From: Eledone cirrhosa
Lineage: Eukaryota
Assembly (NCBI GenBank): GCA_964016885.1
Contig: OZ024742.1
Coordinates: 11,036,001 to 11,100,000 of the forward strand
DNA length: 64,000 nt
Reading direction: 5' to 3'
The notes beneath the pieces are model-generated. The model was given only the letters and a program-made list of their open reading frames with translations. It did not search any database and was not told the origin of the DNA. The position numbers and the translations under genes are program-made. Positions within the stretch are counted from its first letter, which is position 1. The number at the start of each line of letters is the position of its first letter. Shown here in pieces: positions 50,591 to 63,930 of this stretch.

Positions 50591-51017
50591 ACATACATAC
50601 ATACATACATACATACATACATACATACATGGTGGCTGCCAACTTTTATAGTGAGCAAAGGCACTGCACAAAGCCAGTCCCACTCTCTTAACCAAGATGA
50701 TATTTACCAAAAAGAACAACAAGTCAACATCATTGGATACCATCAGGGTTGCAGGTGTTATATCAGTTTTCCTTCTCCTAGAATTCTGCCTTGACAAAGG
50801 GTAAGGGGTCATCTCTCCCGGTGATTTTGGATGGCCATTGACTCTTAAGAGCTCCTTTGCCCTTTGACAGGTTTTGTTTTTAGTCCTGCAGGATGTCCAA
50901 AGTCACCCTCCTCACCAAAAAACCTTGGTGGGGTTGCCAGTTTAGTCGCCAACGACCCGACCATGAGACAGGTTGTACTGGGATACATGTTACCAGTTGC
51001 ACTCAAGAGTGACTCGA
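50591..51017 (-). mobile_element. Non-autonomous element resembling an RTE 5' UTR, inserted in (CATA)n
   Basis: GC-richer block bounded on both sides by (CATA)n; the CTAGGAGAAGGAAAACT motif is recalled from RTE leaders. Confidence 0.5.
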
Positions 51018-51185
51018 CATACATACATACATACATACATACATACATACATACATACATACATACATACATACATACATACATACGTGTATATAAATAC
51101 ATATGTACAAGACGTTTCATTAGAATTTAGACATTAACTAGGTAAATACGTATGCATGTCTGTATATGTATGTATGTATGTATGC

Positions 51186-51240
<55 letters not shown>

Positions 51241-51248
<8 letters not shown>

Positions 51249-52709
51249 CTGGCAGGAGGTCATATATTTTGTCGTTCCTGGTACCCCTAAAAATACATAG
51301 GTTGTCTATGATTCAAGGTTGTTCAATGGTATTAATTTGATACACCAGAACTTTAATATTAAGATAAGCAGAACAAGTAAAATTCAACCAATTTTTTAAA
51401 ATACATTAAAAAATATAATATAAATATTTACCTCTCCTAGTGGCCCGTACTGATCAGTTTCGCTTTGTAAAACCTCATAAATCCGATGGATTTCTGATGG
51501 AAAACCAAAGCTCATCAGAGAAGCATTTTCCTTTCCTAGGGCTAAACGTCCAGGAACGACAAAATATATGACCTCCTGTCAGCAAATATAGGTCTGAAAG
51601 GTCGTAAAAGTGACCCGTATGTAAACTGGACCGAAGTAAAAGCGGGAAAATCATAGACTTGTTGTCTACAATTACTACTAAAAAAAATAGCAGCTAAATA
51701 GAACAACAGATTTGTTCTCAACATAACGGAGTTTAATGATTGAAGTTAATATGTCCAAGTATACTAGGTACCCCTAGAAATACATAGGTTGTCTATGATT
51801 CAAGGTTGTTCAATGGTATTAATTTGATACACCAGAACTTTAATTTTAAGATAAGCGGAACAAGTAAAATTCAACCAATTTTTTAAAATACATTAAAAAA
51901 TATAATATAAATATTTACCTCTCCTAGTGGCCCTTACTGATCAGTTTCGCTTTGTAAAACCTCAAAAATCCGATGGATTTCTGATGGAAAACCAAAGCTC
52001 ATCAGAGAAGCATTTTCCTTTCCTAGGGCTGTTTAGCCCTAGGAAAGGAAAATGCTTCTCTGATGAGCTTTGGTTTTCCATCAGAAATCCATCGGATTTT
52101 TGAGGTTTTACAAAGCGAAACTGATCAGTAAGGGCCACTAGGAGAGGTAAATATTTATATTATATTTTTTAATGTATTTTAAAAAATTGGTTGAATTTTA
52201 CTTGTTCCGCTTATCTTAAAATTAAAGTTCTGGTGTATCAAATTAATACCATTGAACAACCTTGAATCATAGACAACCTATGTATTTCTAGGGGTACCTA
52301 GTATCCTTGGACATATTAACTTCAATCATTAAACTCCGTTATGTTGAGAACAAATCTGTTGTTCTATTTAGCTGCTATTTTTTTTAGTAGTAATTGTAGA
52401 CAACAAGTCTATGATTTTCCCGCTTTTACTTCGGTCCAGTTTACATACGGGTCACTTTTACGACCTTTCAGACCTATATTTGCTGACAGGAGGTCATATA
52501 TTTTGTCGTTCCTGGACGTTTAGCCCTAGGAAAGGAAAATGCTTCTCTGATGAGCTTTGGTTTTCCATCAGAAATCCATCGGATTTATGAGGTTTTACAA
52601 AGCGAAACTGATCAGTACGGGCCACTAGGAGAGGTAAATATTTATATTATATTTTTTAATGTATTTTAAAAAATTGGTTGAATTTTACTTGTTCCGCTTA
52701 TCTTAATAT
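51241..52709. mobile_element. Family G: palindromic array of a 487-bp HHR-containing repeat (retrozyme-like)
   Basis: 675-bp arms 51356-52030 / 52035-52709; direct repeat offset 487; identical ORF translations at 51542(-) and 52341(+). Confidence 0.88.
52055..52134 (+). ncRNA. Type I hammerhead (family G); further copies at 52542-52621 (+), ~51931-52010 (-), ~51444-51523 (-)
   Basis: TTCT-CTGATGA-GCTTTG[..TCAGAAATCC ATC GGATTTTTGA..]CAAAGC-GAAA-CTGATCAG-TA-AGGG. Confidence 0.78.
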
Positions 52710-53157
52710 ATATATACATATATATATATTATGTGTGTATGCTTTTGTCTGTGTGTGAATGTTTGTAAGCATATGCGTCTGTCTGTCTATATGTATGTAT
52801 ATATGTATGCGTATGTATGTGTGTGTGTGTGTCTACATGTATGTATATATGTATGTATGCGTATGTATGTTGTGTGTTTGTGTGTGTGGAATATTTCGTG
52901 CCGCCTTTCCTGGCGGAACAAATTTACAGTAACTGTTGATGAAGAAGCCTTATAACTCGTGTGTGTTTGTATGTGTGTAAGTATATGTGTTTGTATGTGT
53001 GTAAGTATATGTGTGTAAGTGTATGTGTATGTTTGTAAATGTATGTGTGTAAGTGTATGTGTGTAAGTGTATGTCTATGTACAGTAGATCCTCTCGAAGA
53101 AGTCGATAACTCGTATATTTTAATGAATAATACATGCTTGGTTTGTTGAGTTATTTG

Positions 53158-53616
53158 AAAACAGATCTGAAATTGAGCCGCGGTCTAGAGCCTGTCTGTC
53201 TCAATGAAATTATACGTAAACATAACAAACGGAGCCGAGGTCTACAGCTTCTGTGTCTCAACGACATTATACTTAGTTGGATTGGCAGTATCGGTAGAGG
53301 GTCGGACACTATGCTTTGCAGCAAAGAGTTACGGCCCTTTATGGTCTGAGTTCAAATCTCCCCCGAGGTTAACTTTGCCTTTCATCCTTACAGGGTCGAT
53401 AAAATAAAGTACCAGTAATACACTGGGTAATTGCTCGCCTTGTGCCAAAAGTAGAAACAATTATACTTAAACGGGTCTCAAACTGAGCCGAGGTCTACAG
53501 TTTCTGTGTCTCAACGACATTATACTTAAACAGATGTCAAACTGAGCCGAGGTCTGCAGCCTGCCTGTCTCAAATACATTATAGTGAAACAGATCTCAAA
53601 CTGAGCTGTGGTCTAC
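53158..53616. repeat. 59-bp minisatellite (~5 units) interrupted by a SINE
   Basis: AAACAGATCTCAAACTGAGCCGAGGTCTACAG..GTCTCAACGACATTATACTT units at 53158, 53218, 53469, 53528, 53587. Confidence 0.88.
53276..53462 (+). mobile_element. tRNA-derived SINE with ~10-bp TSD (ATTATACTTA)
   Basis: Same family as 30441. Confidence 0.88.
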
Positions 53617-53638
53617 GTTACTGATTGACACACTAGCA

Positions 53639-53686
<48 letters not shown>

Positions 53687-54077
53687 ATGGTGAAGATGAT
53701 GATGATGATGATAATGATTGGGTGGAATGTGATGGTGATGGTGGCGTGTGGTAGTAGTGATCGTATTGTGAATGTAGTAGTAGTGCTTGTGGTAGTGGTG
53801 GCGGCGGTATTGTGACAGTAGTGGTTCCAGTAGATAGTAGTGTTGTTGTGGTGGTGGTGGTGGTGGTGTTGGTGGTGTGGTGATGGTGGTGGTGATGGTG
53901 ATGGTGTTCTATGTTGGTAATTATGTTAGATATAATGAGGAAAGTATTGCATTCAGCCTGCTGGTTTGTCTGAAACTGACTGAAACTGTACTAAATGACT
54001 GGCTTTTGTGTTGCCATTCAAATGGATATATATATATATATATAATAAATGTAATCTGAGTTTTTTGAATATTAATA

Positions 54078-55395
54078 ACTAGCAGATTTACCCGGCGTTG
54101 CTCGGGGTTTGAAATTATGCTAAGAATATACAGCTAGGAAGTAAAAGAACATTATTTGTCCCCAACTTGTCAAAATAAGCAGTCTCTTTATAAGGACTGT
54201 TAATAAAGTTGGTTATCTCCCTTACATCACTTTTGCTACCGATAATTTTGATATCGATTTTTTATTGCTCAACGTGGGTCGATTGGAAATTATTTGTGAG
54301 GTGATCATCTTAGCGACCTGTGCAACGTGCACAGAAAATTTGGTCAAATTCGGTTGGTAATTGTAAAAGCCTTAGGTATCCAAAGTTGTCCACGGATATA
54401 TAAATCTATTGATACTGTATGTGATCCACAGGATGCGGTCAACTATCCAGTTGAATTTCTAAATTCTTTAAATCCTCCTGCTTTACCTCCTAATACATTG
54501 GTTCTGAAAGAGGGAACGCCAGTTATTTTGCTGAGAAATATCACTCCTCCAAAACTATGCAATGGTACACGCCTTGTGGTTAAAAAACTGTCTCCACTTA
54601 GTATTGACGCTACCATTCTATCCGGATGTGGAAAAGGCGAGGATGTGATAATAACAAAAATTAGCCTGACTACATCAGGCGTGGATACTCCCTTCTCCTT
54701 TCGCCGAACCGAATTTCCCCTTCTTGTTGCCTTTGTGATGTCCATAAACAAGTCGCAAGGTCAAACTCTGTCCGTCACTGGAATTCACTTGGATGAACCT
54801 TGCTTTTCGCACGGAAAATTCTACGTTGCCTGCTCACGAGTTGGCAGTCGAGATAATCTTTGCGTTTGTTTCGAAAAGAAAAACAAGAATATCGTCCATC
54901 CTGAAGTATTTAGTGTTAACAAAATAACTTATTACAGCTCTGCCTTGACTTCACCTTACTCATTACAAAACATACCAATGAATATGTCATGCAGGATATT
55001 TTGGATTATACGTTCAAAATTTAACCATACACAGCAAAGGATGCTCTCAAAGAATAGATTTTCTCTTATTCTACTCTCATTATTTTTTTGTTTGTATACA
55101 ACTCTGCTTTCATTACAACTTTATGTACTTTAGCAAAACTGCCGGTTTTTTTACAGATTTGCAACGTGTATTGTCTTTAATCATTTGTATAACTACATCC
55201 TGTTCAGTGTTTTCCTTCATTATCAGCATAGTTTTATGTGTACAAAGATTGCACTAAATATTCGTTTGCATTAATTATTGAAGACTTCTGCTTATTTTGA
55301 CAGGTTGGGGACAAATAATGTTCTTATTTTACTTCCTAGCTGTATATTCTTAGCATAATTTCAAACCCCTAGCAACGCCGGGTAAATCTGCTAGT
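54078..55395. mobile_element. Helitron-derived element with two inverted 3' termini
   Basis: ~105-bp inverted repeats 54078-54182 / 55288-55395, each ending in GCAACGCCGGG..CTAG|T. Confidence 0.82.
54399..54911 (+). pseudogene. C-terminal part of a Helitron PIF1-family helicase (within ORF 54327..55133)
   Basis: [65 protein letters not shown]. Confidence 0.93.
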
Positions 55396-55409
55396 ATATT
55401 ATATTTATT

Positions 55410-55540
55410 TCATATAGAAATGACTTCTACAGATCTAGAAATGTTTCATTCGTATGAAATCATCAGGTTAGATGCCTATACTATACTGACGTATTGAGTA
55501 CATTTATTGACTGTGGTCTCCTCCTAATACCCGGCGGGGG
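55410..55540. mobile_element. Family F relic (antisense HHR core at 55423-55470 plus tail)
   Basis: Minus strand CTGATGA-TTTC ATAC GAAT-GAAA-CAT..CTG-TA; tail TATTGAGTAC..ACTGTGGT..CCCGG as at 50371-50414. Confidence 0.7.
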
Positions 55541-55646
55541 AATTCACATATATATGTGTGTGTGGCGGTGGTGGTTGTTGTTCGTATGTCTATGCCATGC
55601 TGTGAAGGATCGGCGTTGGACCGTAACCTAGTTGCCTGCTGTGAGA

Positions 55647-55693
<47 letters not shown>

Positions 55694-55912
55694 AAAATTA
55701 GAGGCAGGACTGGTGTAATTCCTTAAAGGTTTATTATACTATGACCGGGTGCAGTGTGAATCCGGTGACATCATCAGGTATTCCGAAATTTATCCAACAA
55801 AAGGAATATAATAGACACAATCCAAGGGGCTGAAAAGCAGAGAGATGCCCAAGACGAGAAGGCGGCCAAAAATTAGCAGTTGTAAGTCCGGGCGGCTGCC
55901 TTCAAGTCTCTC

Positions 55913-56303
<391 letters not shown>

Positions 56304-56804
56304 TAGCGGACCCATGCCATTAATAATGATTGCAATAGTTGAAAGTATTTGATTTCTGGTGTCCTCATCCTCTCAATGACCATCACCGCTCTCTTTCTCC
56401 TTCACATATCTGCGTTAAATCACACCACACTTGTCATACATTCATGACATCATACTTGTCATCATTGCTTGTCACCCAATTTGTCGAGGATGATGACGGT
56501 GATGGTGATGATTAAACAAAACAGAAGTTGTGTCAGAAACCGTTGTTAAGTGTTTAAATATTTAAAATATTTATTGTAGAATTTCTCCCATCATAAAGTA
56601 AGCAGGTGGTTTAATAAAGAAAATAAACGACTGAACATTAAATTCCTTTACAGACGTGGTAATTGTTGCTGAAATAAAATCGATAAAGTGAAAGATAATA
56701 ACTTAATTATATATCCAGATACACAGACAACACGCTCACATACTAATACATGCACACGCTCACAATATATATATATATATACACACACACACAGACATAT
56801 ATAT

Positions 56805-57137
56805 CACCATCATCCTCATCATCCTCATCATCATTTTACGTCCGCTTTTCCCTGCTTGCGAGGGTGGGACGGGTCCTATTCAGCACAACATCTTTCCACT
56901 TGTCCCAGTCCTTCGTCATCTCCACCGTGTGCTTCAGTGATCTGAGGTCTGCTCTCACCACCTCCACCCATGTTTTTCATGGTCTACCTCTACTGCGTCT
57001 TCCTTCTATGGGATTTCTTGGCACTTCTTTACCCAGCGGTCATCCTCCATGCGCATCACATGTCCATACCATCGCAATCTTCTCTCCCGCACACCACAAC
57101 TTATCCCTCTTAAACACAGTTTCTCTCTCAACACATC

Positions 57138-57140
<3 letters not shown>
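56805..57140 (-). mobile_element. 3' fragment of an RTE LINE with (GAT)n-like tail
   Basis: Minus-strand translation RERRLRWYGHVMRMEDDRWVKK..GRRSRGRP*KTW.EVVRADL. Confidence 0.85.
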
Positions 57141-57206
<66 letters not shown>

Positions 57207-57214
<8 letters not shown>

Positions 57215-57760
57215 TAAAAAAATAATGAATAAAACAATGAAACAGTTCCTTATATTAAACAAAAAAAGTTCATTATTTAACGATCGTTTCTAGGACATAT
57301 ATGTGTTAGAATTGTCTGTGGATTATAAACATACAGAGACATTAGCCCTAAATTTTTATATTTACATACACTTTTTCGACATGCGTATGCATGTCAACAT
57401 ACATTTTATGCATATCTGTGAACGAAGTTACTTACATATATACACACACCTAACTGTATTTTCTTGATGAATTTTTATGTATTTCATTGGTCTATTTAAA
57501 ATCTGTTCCCAAACAGACCTGTAATTTTGAATTGTTGTTATTATCAATAAATATACTTCATTATTTCTGAAGACAGCATATATATGTGATGGTATGTATA
57601 TTCTCTTTGATAGTTTGTATAATTTTGTACATAGATCTTTTGAATATGCATGCCAATTCTAACACATATATGTCCTAGAAACGATCGTTAAATAATGAAC
57701 TTTTTTGTTTAATATAAGGAACTGTTTTATTGTTTTATTCATTATTTTTTAAATATTTTA
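57207..57760 (+). mobile_element. Family H fold-back element with ~108-bp inverted arms
   Basis: Arms 57207-57314 / 57654-57760. Confidence 0.85.
57557..57699 (+). ncRNA. Type I hammerhead with ~100-nt stem II (family H)
   Basis: TTCATTATTT-CTGAAGA-[..ATATATGTG..CACATATAT..]-GAAA-CGATCG-TT-AAATAATGAA; 10-bp stem I. Confidence 0.78.
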
Positions 57761-57892
57761 TCTTGACTCTGTATTCCGTTTATCTTTCACCGAAAGTGAT
57801 TTTTGAATGCATCTCTTCTTTCCATGATATCCGGATTACATTGAGTTCTTCATACGGATTGGACACTACCGTAAACTTTTGGTAGATTTATC

Positions 57893-57995
<103 letters not shown>

Positions 57996-58021
57996 GAGGG
58001 GAGAGAGGGAGAGAGTGAGAG

Positions 58022-58072
<51 letters not shown>

Positions 58073-58407
58073 TGAAAAGCATAAGAGCTGTGAAAACAGT
58101 AAAGGAAACAAATAAATATTCTTAAAAAGACTCCAGTTGCATTTTCAATTCCTCTTCATTATACGTTCACTCGCTTAGGACATCTCGTTTTTGTTTTTTC
58201 ATAAAAAAAAAACTCCTTTTCGTTGAGTGCTTCAGTTATTACATCGTGATTTGCTGACCGGAATTACAAAGAGAAATGATGAATTTAGTGTATTGATCTG
58301 TTAAGTTCGATATCGGATCATTTGTCATCTGCAATAATTAATTATGATGTAACCATGACTTCGTTCTGCCTTACACACACACACACACACATATAAATAT
58401 ATATATT

Positions 58408-58706
58408 TACTGATAATGCTTCCAAAATATGTGAACCTATCTACTACACTCAGGTGGATACCGTTTACTGTTAAATTTGGCTGAAACATGATCCTCGCCT
58501 GGAGGAGAAGTGAACATTACTTTAGTTTTTGTGTGGCTGATGGTCACTTCAAAAACCACAAGTCATAGAAATATGATCCATTATGACCTGTGTGACTTCT
58601 TCATTGTAACAAGACCACCATCATCTGCATACAGCAACACTCGGACAATGTCTTGATAAGTTTTTTGATTTAGCGTAAAATCGACGCAAATTAAAGGGTT
58701 TGCGAG
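58408..58706 (-). pseudogene. Decayed LINE reverse transcriptase fragment (RTE/BovB-like)
   Basis: Frameshifted KPFNLRRF..IVRVLLYADD..TISHTKTKVM..PPG..VVDRFTYFGSII. Confidence 0.75.
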
Positions 58707-59150
58707 ATGTATGCACATATATATATATATCTATATATTCACAAACAAGCCTGATGTTCCTCTTCATTGTAATAAAGTTCTTCTATCTTTACAGTATTCA
58801 ATAAAACGCATGCAAGACAAAAATATTCGGTAGCAATTACGCAACATGTATACAGGTATATCAATACTCATTTTGAAGGTGGTGACGTGAAGACTCCGAA
58901 ATGTTAAGAGAGCAAATGATTTAGGAATGCTACAGTAAGGAACTAAAGATAAAGCATTACTAAGGACACAGGAAATTCCTTAATAGAAATATAGTCATGT
59001 TTTTAACGTAATATATTTGAGAAAATAGCTGTTCCCTACACAGACATAGACACACACTTGCGTCTATAAGTATATGTAGGTTAAGCTTTGTGAGCTTGTA
59101 GGCTTTGTGTGTGTGTCTGTTTAAGGATAATATATATATATATATATTAT

Positions 59151-59625
<475 letters not shown>

Positions 59626-59809
59626 TATATTATATGTATGATGTTATATATATATCCATTTCCATATATAACATATATGCAAATAATACATATACAGATA
59701 TATTATACATAAATACATACAAGTATACATGCATACACACATGTATATATATACATATATACAGACATACACGCATCCATACTTATTTAACTACATACAT
59801 TCTTACCTA

Positions 59810-59863
<54 letters not shown>

Positions 59864-60219
59864 TATATATACATAAAATGGATACCCAACTGGAATTAGT
59901 TTTTGAAATGTTCAATAATTCATGTTGCTATAAAGAGCAAAATTTTCTGTGACAACATGGCGTTAGCCTCAGAATGGCCTTTTCTTCCAAATTCTTCAAC
60001 CCTGCTTCATTTAGTCGGTTCCAATTAACAGTTTCCAGAAATAAGCATACTCCAACAATATATACGCTGACAGTATTTTGGCACGTGTCCTAGACAGCAT
60101 ATCAACCCAGTCAAAGCCAGGAAGAAGCAGCCTCTGCAGTTATATATATATAATCCCTTCCATATACTCTACCGATTGTGTTGTTATTTCTGTTTACCTT
60201 TTACATATATATATATATA

Positions 60220-60428
60220 AAACGAAGGAAGTGTGGTAAGGAACCAGGTGGACCATAACTAACGCACCAGAGTACTCGATACCTTGGGTAGTAGAGTGGG
60301 TAATAGGAAAAGAGTCAAGACCCCGACGGCAGAGCTGAAGCCGTTTCGACGGTTATTTCTGCACCTGGTCCAGAAATAGCCGTCGAAACGGCTTGAGCTC
60401 TGCCGTCGGGGTCCTGACTCTTTTCCTG
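60220..60428 (-). mobile_element. Family A fold-back derivative
   Basis: Tail plus hairpin centred near 60365, in (TA)n. Confidence 0.85.
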
Positions 60429-60755
60429 TATGTATATATATATATATAAAATTATTTTGCGTTCCGTGCTCAATCCTGACCAGCTACCAACCCTTTGTGT
60501 TCCAATATTTTACCCCTTCCCTTTAACATCATCACATCTAGACACACCACATGTACATCATTCATCTACAGTAACATATCTAACAGAACTTTGTATGGTT
60601 AGTCCCTTTTGTATGAAGATGTCCCAAACCTGTTCTTTCACTATCTACACTCTCCCTCTTTCTTTCTCTCTCTCTCTCTCCCTTGACCCACGCACACAAA
60701 CCTACACTCACACACATATATATATATGCACACACACACACTCACACACACACAC

Positions 60756-60795
<40 letters not shown>

Positions 60796-60815
60796 GCACA
60801 CACACACACACGTAT

Positions 60816-60889
<74 letters not shown>

Positions 60890-60980
60890 GGATTTAAATG
60901 GATACAGTTCAGTAAAAGGAATTTATTGACACGTGTTTCAATAACAGTTATACAACCTGAAAACAGCTATCTACAAAGTA

Positions 60981-61162
60981 ATTGGCAGTATCGGTAAAGG
61001 ATCGGACGCCATGCTTTGACGCATAGAGTTACGGCCCTTGCCATTCTGAGTTCAAATCCCGCCAAGGTTAACTTTGCCTTTCATCCTTACGGGGATCGAT
61101 AAAATAAAGTACCAGTAATGTACTGGGTAATTGCTGGCCTTGTGCCAATAGTAGAAACAATT
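60981..61162 (+). mobile_element. tRNA-derived SINE nested in the PLE terminal region
   Basis: Same family as 30441. Confidence 0.88.
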
Positions 61163-62118
61163 AATTATTCAGACACTCAATATTTCAATGTTATTTTCAA
61201 ATACCATTTCATCAGAATAATATCATTGAGAACTTGTTTGGTTTTTATAGAGAATATTAAGAGGGAGGAGTGAAGTTGTTAGAAGAATAGTTAAGGGAGT
61301 GGATAGACATTTTTGATAGCAGTGGGTAATTAGATTCCCATCTGTTATTTTGTTAGTTGAGTTTGACATTTTTTATAGAATATTCATTATTTGGCGTTGG
61401 CTGTATTGGTTATTTTTCTAAATCTATAGAAGGATAGGAGATAGTAAAGATATGTATAGTTGGTTTTGTGTTTGCACTTAATTCACATACAGACTTAAAT
61501 TTTTCTTTCAAGTGTACGTATCCGTTCGCCCACACATAAATATATGCGTATATATACTTATTTTTTAAAAAAACATACAGTCACATACTTACATATATGT
61601 ACACCTCTACAAATATATACACTCACATACACATACTTACATGCTCATACTTACATACATATATACCTGTACACACACATATATATATATATACATATAT
61701 ATATGTGTACATACATACGCATTCGTGTATATACACTTTCATACTCTACTTATCTTCATATACACACATATAGACACACACATATATACATACATACTCT
61801 TGTCCATGTGTATATATATATATAAATACACATATACATGAATACACATACATTTAATTATACACATCAAACATATATATATATACACTCACCCACTTAT
61901 TTACTTATTTATATACATTTTCACGTATATACATTCACATGGTCGCTTTTAGACACATTCATTATAGCATATTCGCACCTATTCTCACCAGCATATTTAT
62001 CCATCATTAGTGTGATAATTTAAGGTTATTAATAGTACACATATATGTTGAGAAGAGATTGTTTTTATATTTTTCTAACTAGATTGAGGATTTGTATAGT
62101 TGGGAGGATGTCCCTCGT

Positions 62119-62745
62119 TTATGTAATATTCAGCTTGTAGTGGGAAAAAAGGGTTTTAGTTCGGTGACGGCAGAATAATGTTCGTTCAATTCTGTTATTA
62201 AGCAATTTCTTCTTGTGTGTGATTATGTAATAAATCTCAAGATTACATAATTTGCAAACATTTTGGCTCCTGGAAAAGCTTTGGGTTTTAGCTAATTTCT
62301 CCCATTTTAAGGTAAACTTTTGATCGCTCTCCCTGAGCGTCCAAGCTTTTTTTGCTAAAGTTGTTACATTTCTTTGGCTCTGGTGTTTTATTGAGTAAGA
62401 ATGCCTATACAATCGAGATTTAAACGATGTTGCCGTTGATCCCACGTAATACCACTCGTTGCCTCCGGATTCAATGGTACACTTATAGATGATATTTTTT
62501 TCAAGGCAGTTATTGCCGAGGGGCAATTGTCAGGATAGGTGCAGTTACAGTTGTGGACGTTGGTTTTGTAGTTAGGTTCACTCTGGAGTAGTATTGCGGA
62601 CGAACTTAGGTGTGGTTTATTTATGTTCTGTAGTGTATTGTCTACTGTTTTTTTTGTGCTCTTTGTACTTAAGTTTTTAGTGTTTTCGTTTAACCTTCTA
62701 GTATTGATCTTTTTTATGTGTTGTTCAAGGTTTAACGCTGTAGAG
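62119..62745 (-). pseudogene. PLE linker + GIY-YIG endonuclease (1-nt frameshift near 62521)
   Basis: YSTALNL..HI, CNC....CP/LGNNCL..NIIYKC..YYVGSTATSFKSRLYRH, CKLCNLE..LLNNR.E..CRH. Confidence 0.92.
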
Positions 62746-62938
62746 TACAAACAAACCGAACATTATAATATATGTTCGGTAAACACATACGTACACACAT
62801 ATATGTGTGCATCTATGTATGTGTATACATACTACTGTACGTCTGTATACATATATGTATGTACGTATAGATACTTATATTTAAGTATCAGCCGTACTAA
62901 GAGTGAGAAATGAAATTTCAATTTCATTTTTTCCATTT

Positions 62939-62975
<37 letters not shown>

Positions 62976-63039
62976 TAACAGATTAAAGTTTAAGCAAAGA
63001 ATCGCTGCTTTCACTCTTAACGGGATTTTCTGAAACTAA

Positions 63040-63380
63040 CAAAGTCAATCTATGAACGCAGAAGTGGATATTTCAAAAAACGTTGCAACCGGAGGAAGAC
63101 AGGAAGACGATACTTTGGTTCGTGGAAACGTTCCCTGGCAAAGAACGGGAAAAAACGAATACGTCATTAATTGGAGAAGTGAAAAACAGAACCACGTTTA
63201 TGGTATAAAAGAAGTCGTAGACTAAAATTCTATTAGGTGGTTCATAGAGACGTTCTCTGGCAATGAGCGGAAAAAACGAAGATAATACGTCATATGTGGA
63301 GCGTAGAGAACAATTACACGCAAAGACCAAACCACGTAAACGGTATAACTGAAGTCGTAGACTAAAATTCTAACTAGGAA
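63040..63380. repeat. Unclassified repeat with internal ~130-bp duplication; homologue of 31330-31500
   Basis: Two copies each of GGTTC.T.GA.ACGTTC.CTGGCAA and GAAGTCGTAGACTAAAATTCTA. Confidence 0.7.
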
Positions 63381-63598
63381 ACCGAATTATTCTCCGCTTC
63401 AGAGTTAAGAATAAAGTAAATAAAATACAGAGATAATTGAAATTAAATAAATACATACACGGATCCAAATACGTACATACTCAAGCATACGCGAAAACAC
63501 TCGCCTTAGGTATACAAAACCATATATATATATATGAAAAAAGGAGAGCAATGAGAAAAGGAGTGCAAGGAGAGTAAGGAGAGCAAGGAGAGCAAGGA

Positions 63599-63930
63599 GA
63601 GGTTAAGGCAAATATTGCTCAAGTTATGCTGTAAACAGACAAAGGTGAAGAAGAGGAAGAAGAAAAAAATCAACTGAAGAGGTAGATTCTGCACCAAAAT
63701 GACTTTGCTTCTTTTACAAACATCGAGTTTTCGTCTTTTGTAACTCCTGGTACAAAAACTTTCTTCACGAGATTTTCTATCAGCACCGATTTCTTCGACA
63801 AAGACCCTTCAACATGGAAGGATGATCCTGGTTACAAAAGTGGACTTGAAAAACTTGAGAAGACAGTTGTTGTGAATGATGTTGCAGAAAGAGGTGTCAA
63901 ACTCATTCAGGATTACAATAACATTCTCAC
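63599..63930 (+). pseudogene. C-terminal fragment of a hAT-like (probably hATm-type) DNA transposase
   Basis: EVKANIAQVML*..KR*..FVTPGTKTFF..DFFDKDPSTWKDDPGY..VVVNDVAERGVKLIQDYNNILT; subgroup assignment from memory. Confidence 0.7.

Larger units (their letters stand above)
60890..62745 (-). mobile_element. 3' part of a Penelope-like element with long microsatellite-invaded 3' UTR and HHR
   Basis: GIY-YIG coding at 62119-62745; HHR motifs at 60923-61220 on the same strand. Confidence 0.75.

Noticed and set aside
51542-52523. Twin 60-aa ORFs (MLRTNLLF..)
   Set aside because: A consequence of the palindrome; no homology recognised
55735-55792. Hammerhead relic (minus strand CTGATGA..GCACCCGGTC)
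   Set aside because: GAAA is lost and stems are weak; counted only as a relic
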